Shown: one piece after another, positions 51,676-60,673 of the stretch
How the letters are laid out: each line of letters opens with the position of its first letter
Position numbering within the stretch: position 1 is the stretch's first letter
NCBI GenBank assembly: GCA_963847625.1
Contig: CAWKAR010000057.1
Location: forward strand, 32,001-96,000
DNA: 64,000 bases
Reading direction: 5' to 3'
DNA from: a candidate division FCPU426 bacterium
Lineage (GTDB): Bacteria > Oederibacteriota > Muellerivitia > Muellerivitales > Muellerivitaceae
The notes under the pieces: generated by a model
What the model saw: only the letters and a program-made list of their open reading frames with translations
Told to the model about the DNA's origin: nothing
Database searches by the model: none
Made by a program: the position numbers and the translations under genes

Positions 51676-52041
51676 TTACGGATTGGTTGCTGATGCCGGC
51701 TGTGCGGCTGGAGCCGGATGCTTGTCGTCATAGATTTGCTTGGAACGAAGGTTCTCCTGGGCTTCCAGCTTCATGCGGTCTTTCTTGGTCAGCTTCCCGC
51801 CGTCTTTTCTCAGGTCGGCCTTGCGCTCTTTGTTGATGATCTTTCCCTCTTGGGCCAATTGCTTGTGCTCGGCCGGATTGATCGTCCCGTTCTTCACACC
51901 CCTCTTGATCCTCTTATGCTGACGGACCAGGCGGGCCTTGGGGCTCATGGCCGGATTCTTGCCGTTGGCGTCTTGCGCCATGGCCACACCAGCAGCTCCC
52001 AGGAAAAACAACCCACACAACACCACGATGAACTTTTTCAT
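51676..52041 (-). CDS. Small basic secreted protein
   Basis: GAGGA RBS; signal ending AMA; RQHKRIKRGVKNGTI...DGGKLT...SKQIYDDKH. Confidence 0.8.
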   Translation of the reverse strand: MKKFIVVLCGLFFLGAAGVAMAQDANGKNPAMSPKARLVRQHKRIKRGVKNGTINPAEHKQLAQEGKIINKERKADLRKDGGKLTKKDRMKLEAQENLRSKQIYDDKHPAPAAQPASATNP

Positions 52042-52113
52042 TTTTTCCTCCTAGATTTGGCCTGTCTTCGGGAAAGGTCTCTTTAAGGGAACCTTTTCCG
52101 CAAGCCTCAATTA

Positions 52114-52140
52114 AGACGCAAGGCGCTGGAAAAAAGTTGC
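52114..52140 (-). promoter_or_regulatory. ECF sigma-type promoter (GCAAC-N17-CGTCT)
   Basis: Motif upstream of the 52041 start. Confidence 0.55.
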
Positions 52141-52234
52141 AATCAAATAAAAGGCCCTTTTAAAAGGGTTTTCGATTCTTTCCTCCCAATCGACTTTGCC
52201 TGTAATATAGTCTGTAGATTATAAGGAGCGTTCT

Positions 52235-52438
52235 TTGCCGGAGCCATTAGCCGTCAACCAATGGGTTTATCACAAGAAGTTCTGGATTCAGGGCAAGATC
52301 ATGACCATCAAGGATAATACCGTCATAGTCCGCCTCAACGAGGATATGCCGTGGCAGGAATGGGACAAGTCCCTAGTCGAGCCCGTGATGGACTTGTACA
52401 AGCGGGTCGAGGAGGAAAAGAAAAAAAAGAAACACTAA
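52235..52438 (+). CDS. Small hypothetical protein (possibly SH3/KOW-like)
   Basis: AAGGAG RBS before TTG; V.HKKF...GKI..I.D..V.V pattern. Confidence 0.6.
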   Translation: MPEPLAVNQWVYHKKFWIQGKIMTIKDNTVIVRLNEDMPWQEWDKSLVEPVMDLYKRVEEEKKKKKH

Positions 52439-52489
52439 TTCCTCACGTCATAGGACTTTTTTTTCGTACTATCAACCTCGAATCGAAAT

Positions 52490-52527
52490 AAAAAAAGCCC
52501 CGTCCCTTTCGGGGAACGGGGCTTTTC
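52490..52527. terminator. Bidirectional intrinsic terminator
   Basis: AAAAAAAGCCCCGTCCCTTTCGGGGAACGGGGCTTTT; longer T-tract on the minus strand. Confidence 0.8.
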
Positions 52528-52700
52528 AATTCCATTCAAACAGGCTCAGAAAAGTGCCACGCCATCCACGAACTCCGTACTGTGTTCAGGTGGTTGTGAT
52601 TTCTAATTCCTCTTACCGGAATTCCATAAATCAATTAAAGAAGTCTCCTGTGCCGCGGCTTCCGGCCAAGGCACATGATTCGGTGCACTTTCTTTAATGT
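52490..52700 (-). ncRNA. Candidate structured sRNA
   Basis: Several stems, possible end-to-end pairing, minus-strand terminator, no convincing CDS. Confidence 0.35.
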
Positions 52701-52794
52701 CATTCCTCCCTAAAAATCCCGTGTTTTATCAATATTTGCCCGGTTTTCACTCATTCCCGATAATCTAAAGTATATTTTTGTATTTAAATTGTCA

Positions 52795-52870
52795 TATAAT
52801 TATTCCCCTTTCGGGAGGGTAAAGGGTTGCCTAGGTCTCATCGTGGTCGGACCGGATATTCCAACCCTTT
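52795..52870 (+). promoter_or_regulatory. -10 box plus conserved leader hairpin, copy 1
   Basis: TATAAT-N17-GGTAAAGGGTTGCCTA...TTCCAACCCTTT; same layout at 57764. Confidence 0.6.
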
Positions 52871-52935
52871 TGCGGGCACCGTGATCGTTTTTATAAGGCA
52901 TCACTTTTCCGCGATTTTATTAAGGAGCGTGTCTC

Positions 52936-54429
52936 ATGAAATTCATTGGGATTTTCACAACTTGTTTCGCTGTTTTTTTTACGCTCCAGGCGGCCTGGGC
53001 GGCGGGACCAACCTATGTCCAGAATAACATCTCTGTTTCCACCGAGTGGGTCCCGGACAACAGCCCTTATGTGATCCAGGACGACGTAACCGTGTCTCCA
53101 GGAGCCGTCTTGACCATCGACCCGGGTGTCCTGGTTCGTTTCATGCCGCTGTCGGCTGATAAGTCTGGGACGGGCCCCAATCTGATTATTGAGGGCGCCT
53201 TGAAGGCTGTGGCAGATCCAACCACTCCGATTTCCTTCGTTTCCTCGGTTCCGGGAGGCCAATGGGGAGCCCTGTATTTCTTCAACTGCGATTCCGCTAA
53301 TTCCATCCTGGACGGGTGCAAGATCACCGGGGGCCGGATCTCCTGTAACGGCTCTTCCCCCACCATCTCCAACTGTTCCATTACCGGGAGCAAGAGGGGC
53401 ATCGAGATATCCGCCCATTCGCAGGCCAAGATCCTGGGCAACCGGATTAGGGGAAACGGCTACGGTCTGGTCTTGATTTCCGATACCGCGAGCCCCATCG
53501 TCCAGAATAACGAGATTTTCGGCAACAAATACGGGGTTTATTTGAAGGACTTCCGGGCGCCCACCATCACCAAAAACAGGATTTATGATAACCTCCAGTA
53601 CAACGTGGTGAACGAAACACCCAAGGCCCTGGATATTCCCAACAACAATTTCAATACGGGCATTACCAAGGAAATCGCGCGGAGTATCTATGACGGCGCC
53701 AACAATCCCACCCTGGGCCGCCTGAATTATTTGCCCTATATCGTCACAACCGCTTCCGCCGCGCCGGCCAACGCCCCGGTGCTCGCCAGGGCCACAGTAT
53801 CGACAGCCAAGACCCCGGCGCTCGCCAGCGCCACGGTATCGGCGGTCAAGACTCCGGCGCCTGCTGGCGCCCCGGTATCGGCGGCCGTTGCCCCTTCGAA
53901 ACAGGCCAAACCGGCCGTCATTCATTTGGCTTCCACGTCCTCCCCGGAGGGTGGCTTCACGCCCAAATTCGGCCTCAGCCTCGACTTGACCGGCCAGGGA
54001 GCCTTCGGCAATTCCAAAATGGGGTCCTCGGGCGGCGTGGGGGGCGCTCTCTTCGCAGATTGGAGGCCCATCGAATACATTTCCCTGGGTGTGGGTTTCA
54101 ACTATATTAATTTCCCGGGAAGTGAAAGCTGGCAGGTCGGCCCCGTAGATCTGGGAGGAAGATTATTTCCCTTCGGGTCAGGGAAAGACGGCGAAGGGTA
54201 CCTCCAGGGCGGGCTAGGCTATAACCTGATCACTCAAACCTTCAATTACATGACGCCCGGGTATTACCATATGTACGCCGGGGGCGGCTACCGCGCCTTT
54301 ATTTTTGGGCCCGGAATGGCGCTGGATTTGGGTCTCCAATTCAACTACTACAGCCGGTCCACCACTTCCTCCCCTCTCTATGACACAGGGGTCAAAGCGG
54401 GCCTGGCTTGCTTCTTCGACCTGAAGTGA
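52936..54429 (+). CDS. Right-handed beta-helix domain fused to a C-terminal outer-membrane beta-barrel
   Basis: SPYVI...VTV..GA.LTI.PGV, PTI.N..I..N repeats, Ala/Pro linker, barrel motif DLTGQGAFG...GGVGG.LF.DWRP. Confidence 0.8.
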   Translation: MKFIGIFTTCFAVFFTLQAAWAAGPTYVQNNISVSTEWVPDNSPYVIQDDVTVSPGAVLTIDPGVLVRFMPLSADKSGTGPNLIIEGALKAVADPTTPISFVSSVPGGQWGALYFFNCDSANSILDGCKITGGRISCNGSSPTISNCSITGSKRGIEISAHSQAKILGNRIRGNGYGLVLISDTASPIVQNNEIFGNKYGVYLKDFRAPTITKNRIYDNLQYNVVNETPKALDIPNNNFNTGITKEIARSIYDGANNPTLGRLNYLPYIVTTASAAPANAPVLARATVSTAKTPALASATVSAVKTPAPAGAPVSAAVAPSKQAKPAVIHLASTSSPEGGFTPKFGLSLDLTGQGAFGNSKMGSSGGVGGALFADWRPIEYISLGVGFNYINFPGSESWQVGPVDLGGRLFPFGSGKDGEGYLQGGLGYNLITQTFNYMTPGYYHMYAGGGYRAFIFGPGMALDLGLQFNYYSRSTTSSPLYDTGVKAGLACFFDLK

Positions 54430-54569
54430 CCCGGCGCGTTTTCCGGGAAAAGATTTGAAACAGTTGGCAAGGCAGGACGATTCGTTTTGCCGGCAGGAAG
54501 CTGAACCATCTTGGAAGGTCCGGCAAAATAGGACTGGCATCATTTAAGCCAAATAGTAAGGAGCCTGAG

Positions 54570-55121
54570 TTGAAAAAATTCTTAATAACTTGCACCGCCT
54601 TTGCGTTCTTGATCATCGCCGGCCCGGCCGGCGCGCAGACTGGTACCTTTTCCCCCTACAGCCTGACCCTCGACTTGAACGGCCAGGGAGCCTTTGGAAG
54701 CACTTCCAATATAAGTTTCACTGGCGGAGTAGGCGGTTCCCTTTTTGGCGACTGGCGGCTCATCGAGTACCTATCGATAGGTACCGGTTTTTCATTCGCG
54801 GATTACCCGGGAACCAAATCCTGGCAGGCCGCCTCGTGGGACGTGGGTGGCAAGGTGTTCCCCATGGGCGCCGGCAAAAGCGGCGAGTTGTACATCAAGG
54901 GCGCGATAGGCTATGACCTGATCCAAAACACCCTCAATTCTACGACGCCCGGAAATTTCCATGGCAATGCTGAAGTGGGCTATAGCGCCTTTGTCCTGGG
55001 GCCTGGAATGGCTCTGGATATGGGCCTCAAATACGACATTTATACCCCGCTCCTCTATCTTCCCCCTGTTCACGATGTCGGGATCAAAGTGGGCGTGACC
55101 TGGTACTTCGGCTCCAAGTAA
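54570..55121 (+). CDS. Stand-alone small outer-membrane beta-barrel protein
   Basis: AAGGAG RBS, TTG start, signal peptide, alternating strands, ends GVTWYF. Confidence 0.8.
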   Translation: MKKFLITCTAFAFLIIAGPAGAQTGTFSPYSLTLDLNGQGAFGSTSNISFTGGVGGSLFGDWRLIEYLSIGTGFSFADYPGTKSWQAASWDVGGKVFPMGAGKSGELYIKGAIGYDLIQNTLNSTTPGNFHGNAEVGYSAFVLGPGMALDMGLKYDIYTPLLYLPPVHDVGIKVGVTWYFGSK

Positions 55122-55521
55122 CCGGCCGTTTTGTCCTGTGACGGGGCCTAACAGGCAACGGCATTAAAGCCCCAAGGGTTTCCAAACTTCCAGAGTTCCC
55201 GTGCCCTCCTCGGATCCGGATTTAAATCACTCTCAACAAGGAACCGTCTAAAGTCTATCGTCGGTGTTGGCGGCATATCAAACCTTTGTTGATGCCTGCT
55301 CATTCAAGAATCTCTCTGTATTTTTTTTAAAAAGAAATGCCGGCCTCCTCTAAAAAATCCTGGGATCATCCCCCGCTTCCAAACCTCACGCCCGGAATTC
55401 CCGCCTATAGAAATAATTTTCTTGGTAACCTTAGTTTGAGAAGAGTGTTATTTTTATTTCATTTGCGCGTAAAAACAATGTAGTATAAAGAAGGTAAATG
55501 GTTAACCCAAAGGCCCTGATT

Positions 55522-56862
55522 TTGAAAAAATTCCTTAGAACAAACCTGGCCGTCGCGTTCCTGCTTATCGCTTGCCATGCGGCCGCGGAAACCGGCGCCT
55601 ATTCCCCCTTCAGTTTGACTCTCGACTTGACCGGCCAGGAAGGCTTCGGCAACAACTCCTATCTGAACTTTAAAGGCGGCGTCGGCGGTTCCCTTTTCGG
55701 CGACTGGCGGCCCGCCGAGTTTTATTCCCTCGGAGTAGGCGTCGATTTCCTTGATTACCCCGGAAACATCAATTGGAAGGTCGTCCCGGTGGACCTGGGC
55801 GGGAGGGTGTTCCCATTCGGATGGAAAAAGTCCGGCGAAGGGTACATTCAGGGCGGTATGGGTTATAACTTCCTCAACCATTCTGCCTCCACCCCCTCGC
55901 CGGGCGATTACCACTTGTACCTGGGCTTGGGCTACCGCTTTTATGCCGGCGGGCCGGACATGGCGCTGGACCTGGGTGCCCAATGCAACTACTACTCCAG
56001 GTTGACAAACCTTCCGCCCCTGTATGACGCCATGGTCAAAGCGGGCCTGACTTTGTTCTTCGGCCAGAAGAAACCGGCTGGTATGCCCGGGCGTAACGCC
56101 GCCAAAGCCCCTGCCGTTAAAGCCGTCGAAGTTGCCCAGAGCCAGTCGCCTTCCGGAACCGCTGAGATTACATTTGAAAGCGCCGGGGTTTCCCCGGAAC
56201 CCGCGTCTTCCAAAACAACCCCGGTTCCCGCGCGAAGCGCGGGTCAGTCCGTTTCCACACCGGAGGCTTCGAACGAGCCGGCTGAAGAGGCCGCCGGGGA
56301 AACGAAAACCGCGCAACAAACGTTGTTGGACGCTTACCAGGACGGCATGAAGTCTTACAAGGAAAAAGTCTACGGCTGGGCGGCGCAATACTTAATGAAG
56401 GCCGTCCAGATGGACGATCCCAGCGTCCCGAAGTACTACAAGGCCGAAGCCAATGCCATGCTGGGATTGATGCACGAATTCAACCTCCACCAGCCGGCTG
56501 CGGCCAAAAGTTATTACCAAAAAGCCTTGCGCATCGACCCGACCACCAAAACGGCCAAGAAGTATATTGGGTCGATTAAGATGATGGAGGATTACGAGGC
56601 GGGCATCAAAGCCTTCCAGGAAGGTAAATACAAAACGGCGGTCAAGTATTTAAAGAAGACTCTCAAGAAATTGGATCCCGACGTCCCGAAGTACTACCCG
56701 GCCGAAGTCAATGCCACGCTGGGAGTGATTTACCAGTTCCATCTCCATAAACCGGCTACGGCCCGCCGTTACTACCAGGAGGCCTTGAGGATCGATCCGA
56801 AAACAAAAACGGCCCGCAGGCACATCAAAGAGGTTCGAGCTCAAGCCGGGGAAAATCCCTGA
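55522..56862 (+). CDS. Outer-membrane beta-barrel fused to duplicated TPR modules
   Basis: Paralogous barrel, linker, two copies of DP.VPKYY.AE.NA.LG....F.LH.PA.A..YYQ.ALRIDP..KTA; start TTG 55522 or ATG 55498. Confidence 0.8.
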   Translation: MKKFLRTNLAVAFLLIACHAAAETGAYSPFSLTLDLTGQEGFGNNSYLNFKGGVGGSLFGDWRPAEFYSLGVGVDFLDYPGNINWKVVPVDLGGRVFPFGWKKSGEGYIQGGMGYNFLNHSASTPSPGDYHLYLGLGYRFYAGGPDMALDLGAQCNYYSRLTNLPPLYDAMVKAGLTLFFGQKKPAGMPGRNAAKAPAVKAVEVAQSQSPSGTAEITFESAGVSPEPASSKTTPVPARSAGQSVSTPEASNEPAEEAAGETKTAQQTLLDAYQDGMKSYKEKVYGWAAQYLMKAVQMDDPSVPKYYKAEANAMLGLMHEFNLHQPAAAKSYYQKALRIDPTTKTAKKYIGSIKMMEDYEAGIKAFQEGKYKTAVKYLKKTLKKLDPDVPKYYPAEVNATLGVIYQFHLHKPATARRYYQEALRIDPKTKTARRHIKEVRAQAGENP

Positions 56863-56916
56863 GGCCCACTGTTTTTTCCTTCAACTCCTAACTTGATTTT
56901 TCTTTTCGTCCCCTTC

Positions 56917-56970
56917 AATCATCGCGAGCACCTGCGCCTATCGGCGCGATGAGGTGCGTGGCGACCCAGT
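56917..56970. repeat. REP-like palindrome
   Basis: TCATCGCGAGCACCT...AGGTGCGTGGCGA hairpin. Confidence 0.45.
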
Positions 56971-56996
56971 TTACGGGGGGGGTTGCAGGAAAAGGC

Positions 56997-57125
56997 AGGC
57001 ATTATTTAAACTGAGCTTGTATGTTGGCCCTTGGGGCCAAGTATGGTTGGCCTGAATTTCAGGCCAACTACTTCAAGCATGTCATAAACATCCCGCTATT
57101 CGCGGGATATTCATCGCAATGGCAG
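56997..57125 (+). repeat. Dispersed multi-hairpin element family B, copy 3
   Basis: Highly similar to the reverse complement of 23219-23347. Confidence 0.85.
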
Positions 57126-57250
57126 TTTTTTAAGTTTTAATTTGGAATCTCATGAAGGCACTGCCACACGCTGCGGTGCGTGGGGCCGTGGTTTGTAAAA
57201 AGACAAAAGCCAACATCTAACTTTTGTGGTGTTAAATTGGCCATCCGAAT

Positions 57251-57589
57251 GCATGTCGAACCTCATTAAAGCTTTCAATGAAAGTTCGGTATAGTACCGA
57301 TTTCCTTAACTTTTTTAGGGGTGAATCGGCACATCCCTTGCTCCGAGGCCTATTAGCCTGCCCTTCACCCACCAGGTGAAGGGCAAAGTTTGGTAATGCC
57401 AACTAAACGACAGTTGGTACAAATCGAGGAGCGAGCCTTGACGAATTCTGTCGCCCTTGGGCGCGATAGCGGCCAATGGGTGGGTGTGCCGATCTTCCAT
57501 AATAAATATTGGAGATCGGTACGATACCAGCCTCAATATCAGTTTTATAGAAGGCTGGCATGTGCCAATTTCAAAACAAGAAATTGGTA
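57251..57589. repeat. Two copies of family C element (57251-57333 -, 57485-57563 +) plus extra half-units
   Basis: Match the 27.0-27.3 kb copies; extra hairpin TGTGCCAATTTC...GAAATTGGTA at 57561-57589. Confidence 0.85.
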
Positions 57590-57763
57590 ACCCTGAATCC
57601 GCGGCTATGTAGTTAGTTTTCAACTTCTCGCTCTTAATTCTTAACTTGTTCTGTTTTTCTACTGCCAACAGGCGTTTGGACCCCAAAAAACCTACGTTTA
57701 AGCAATATTTTCCCGATAAAACAAAATTGTTGGAAAAGATATTGTGTTTTTTCGCCTTGTCCC

Positions 57764-57856
57764 TATAATCAGCGAGATATAAACAAGGTAAAGGGTTACC
57801 TAAGGCGAACTGAAGTACTTCAAATCAGATGCACCGCCGCTTCTTCCAACACCTTT
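57764..57856 (+). promoter_or_regulatory. -10 box plus conserved leader hairpin, copy 2
   Basis: TATAAT-N17-GGTAAAGGGTTACCTA...TTCCAACACCTTT. Confidence 0.6.
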
Positions 57857-57978
57857 CCCACGATTAAAACTTGCGGTAATATACAGCCTTTAATTTTTTG
57901 TGGTTAATCGAAAAACCGTTGGAACCCGCGAAAAAAATTCGCGGGTGATATTACATCAAATTATAAAAGGAGCCGGTT

Positions 57979-58887
57979 TTGAAAAAATTTCTAAAAACCA
58001 GTCTGGCCGCCTCATTCCTTTCCATCGTCTGCCTGACGGCCGCGCAAGCATCCACCTATTCCCAATACAGCCTCAGTCTCGACTTGACCGGCCAGGGCGC
58101 TTTCGGCAGTAACGCCAACCTGGGCTTTGCGGGAGGCGTCGGCGCGTCCGCTTTCGGCGACTGGCGTCCTATCGAGTACATTTCGTTCGGAACCGGTTTA
58201 TCCTTTACTGATTTTCCCGGGGCCAAGTCCTGGCAGGTTGCCTCGTGGGATGTGGGCGGCAGGCTGTTCCCCTTCGGCGCCGGCTCGAACAGCGAATGGT
58301 ACCTCCAGGGCGGCATGGGTTATAACTTCGTCAGCCACGACCTCACGTCCTCGACGCCCGGGAATTTCCACGCGAACGCAATGGTGGGCTACCGCGCCTT
58401 TGTCCTGGGGCCCGGCATGGCGCTGGACCTGGGGCTTAAATATGACTTCTACACTCCCCTGCTCTATCTTCCTCCCCTTCACGATGTCGGGGTCAAAGCG
58501 GGCCTGACCTGGTTTTTCGGGAATACCCAGAGCGGATCCACAGCCAAGGCCTCCGATAAGAAGACAAAAATCGCCGCTCAAAATCGCAAAATCTCCGTCA
58601 AGGGCTCCGGCACCGGGTCTAAAACCGAGGCGCTAAAAACCGAAACCCTTGCCGGCCAGCTCCAGGCGGTCCAGTACCGCGTCCAAAAGGGCGACACCCT
58701 CTGGAACATCGCGGGCAACAAGCTCAAGGCCCATTACCAATGGCCCCTGATCTTCCAGTCCAACAAGGAAACCATCAACAACCCCAACCTGATCTACCCG
58801 GAGCAGGAACTGCACATCCTGGGCAAATATCCCGCGGAAGAGGTGCAGAAGATCCGCGACATGGCGAATAGCAAAGAGAATCTGTAA
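57979..58887 (+). CDS. Outer-membrane beta-barrel fused to a C-terminal LysM domain
   Basis: Barrel close to the 54570 paralog; YRVQKGDTLWNIA...WPLIF.SN...I.NPNLIYPEQEL.I. Confidence 0.88.
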   Translation: MKKFLKTSLAASFLSIVCLTAAQASTYSQYSLSLDLTGQGAFGSNANLGFAGGVGASAFGDWRPIEYISFGTGLSFTDFPGAKSWQVASWDVGGRLFPFGAGSNSEWYLQGGMGYNFVSHDLTSSTPGNFHANAMVGYRAFVLGPGMALDLGLKYDFYTPLLYLPPLHDVGVKAGLTWFFGNTQSGSTAKASDKKTKIAAQNRKISVKGSGTGSKTEALKTETLAGQLQAVQYRVQKGDTLWNIAGNKLKAHYQWPLIFQSNKETINNPNLIYPEQELHILGKYPAEEVQKIRDMANSKENL

Positions 58888-58915
58888 GAGAACCTCTAAA
58901 CAAGGGTAAAATTTC

Positions 58916-60634
58916 ATGGATTGGCAATTTCTCGTTTTCTTTTTCCTGACCGCGGTCGTGGCCAATTTGGCCCTGATGCCGCTCGCTTTGCGCTGGGCTC
59001 CCAAGCTGGGCCTGATGGACTTGCCGGGCAACCGCAAAATCCACTCGGCGCCGGTGGCCAAGATCGGCGGAGCGGCTCTGTTGCTGTCGGCCCTGGCGGC
59101 CCTGGCCATCGGGTTCCTGTTGTTTCCGTCCGAACCCTTCATGGGCATTGGGGGCCAAAAAGCCAAGCTGCCGGTGTTGTTCTCCGGAACCCTGCTGGCG
59201 GCCCTGTTGGGCCTGGCCGACGACCTCTGGGACCTGAAGCCCCGGCAAAAATTCCTGGGCCAGGCAATCCTGGCCGTGGCCTTCTCGCTCCTGGGTTACC
59301 GTTTCCAGGTCCTGCATCTTCCCGGTTTACAGGTCTGGGGCCTTTCTTTCTTATCAGTCCCTTTCACTGCGTTTTGGATCATGGGGGTTATCAACGGCTT
59401 CAATTTCATGGACGGCGTGGACAGCCTGGCCGGGTCGGTCATCTTGGTGATGTTGGGCGGATTGGCCGTGGCCTCTCCCCTTCTGGGCGGGCACATCATC
59501 CAGGTGCTGGCAGTCGCTCTTTTAGGCGCCATGGCGGTCTTCATGGTCTACAACCGCAAACCCGCCAGGGTTTACCTGGGCGACGCCGGGGCAAGCGCCC
59601 TGGGCTTTTTTACCGCCGCGTCCCTGATTTCCATGGGCCCCTCTACCTGGGCCATGGCCCCCACCCTGGCCCGCGCGCACGAACCGTTCCGCTTCCAGTT
59701 CCTCGTGGCCACCCTGCTGGTGGGTTATCCCTTCCTGGAGGCCGCGCTTTCCACGGTCCGCCGGGGGATCAAAAGAATGCACTACGGCCGTTCCATGGAA
59801 TGGTCCGAGAAGGAGCACATTCACCACCGCCTGCTCAAGTTGGGCTTCAATTCCCAGGTGATCTGCCTCCTGGGCGCGTCCTTCAGCCTGCTTATGGCGG
59901 CGGCCGGGCTCCTGGCCATGTGCAAGCAAAACGCCCTGGCAACCCTGTGCCTGGTGCCGGTGTTGGTGGTGCTGGCGATTCTCATGCCCCGCATGGGCTT
60001 TTTCGATTTCCTCGACCCGAAGTCCCTCAGTGAAAAAAAGCCCTACTACCGCATGGCCCATCTTTTCGTGGAAATGCAGCGCGTCAAGCTCGAGCTGGTC
60101 CGGCAAAGGAGCGAGATCCTGGCGCTCATCAGCCAAACCTGCGCCGAACTGGGGGTCCAGGGTTTCCGGCTTAAAGTCGGTACGAATGGGGGTTCCTGCC
60201 AATACCACTGGGAAAGGCCGCTTGAAATCCAGCGCGAATACCTGAAGCGCATGAAGCCCGCTCTCGATAAGGGCCATTTTGAACTTTTCCGGGACAAGGT
60301 CACCCTGGAGGACGGTCAGGGAGAGGCCTTCTGGATCTTTGAGCCCCACACCGTGGAGGATGAGTTGGACGTGGAATACCGCGTGCTGGTGAGCGGTTTC
60401 ATGATGGAAGCCCTCGCGTGCGTCTCGGACTGCGGTCCGGACACCGCCGGGGACCAGGAAATACGGCTCAACAGCCTCAGCCACGCCAAGGTGCGCTCCA
60501 GCCTGTTGAGACGGCGCTACTCAGCGCCCGCGGCAGGGGAAAAAACCCGGCTTCCCGGGGCCACAAGGCGGGGTCGAATATTGCCGGTGCAGATGGGAGA
60601 ATCCGCGTCCGGCGCCGATTCCCAACTGAACTGA
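58916..60634 (+). CDS. WecA/TagO/MraY-family polyprenyl-phosphate sugar-phosphate transferase with long C-terminal extension
   Basis: D.P..RKIH, GLADDLWDL, NGFNFMDGVDSL, VYLGDAG, HIHHRL. Confidence 0.88.
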   Translation: MDWQFLVFFFLTAVVANLALMPLALRWAPKLGLMDLPGNRKIHSAPVAKIGGAALLLSALAALAIGFLLFPSEPFMGIGGQKAKLPVLFSGTLLAALLGLADDLWDLKPRQKFLGQAILAVAFSLLGYRFQVLHLPGLQVWGLSFLSVPFTAFWIMGVINGFNFMDGVDSLAGSVILVMLGGLAVASPLLGGHIIQVLAVALLGAMAVFMVYNRKPARVYLGDAGASALGFFTAASLISMGPSTWAMAPTLARAHEPFRFQFLVATLLVGYPFLEAALSTVRRGIKRMHYGRSMEWSEKEHIHHRLLKLGFNSQVICLLGASFSLLMAAAGLLAMCKQNALATLCLVPVLVVLAILMPRMGFFDFLDPKSLSEKKPYYRMAHLFVEMQRVKLELVRQRSEILALISQTCAELGVQGFRLKVGTNGGSCQYHWERPLEIQREYLKRMKPALDKGHFELFRDKVTLEDGQGEAFWIFEPHTVEDELDVEYRVLVSGFMMEALACVSDCGPDTAGDQEIRLNSLSHAKVRSSLLRRRYSAPAAGEKTRLPGATRRGRILPVQMGESASGADSQLN

Positions 60635-60673
60635 ATTTCCACGATTTAAATTTATTTTTTTGACGGAGGAATA

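Noticed and set aside
52670..52695. AAAGTGCACCGAATC similarity to a tracrRNA 3' end
   Set aside because: Short match, no anti-repeat, no Cas9 or CRISPR array in the window
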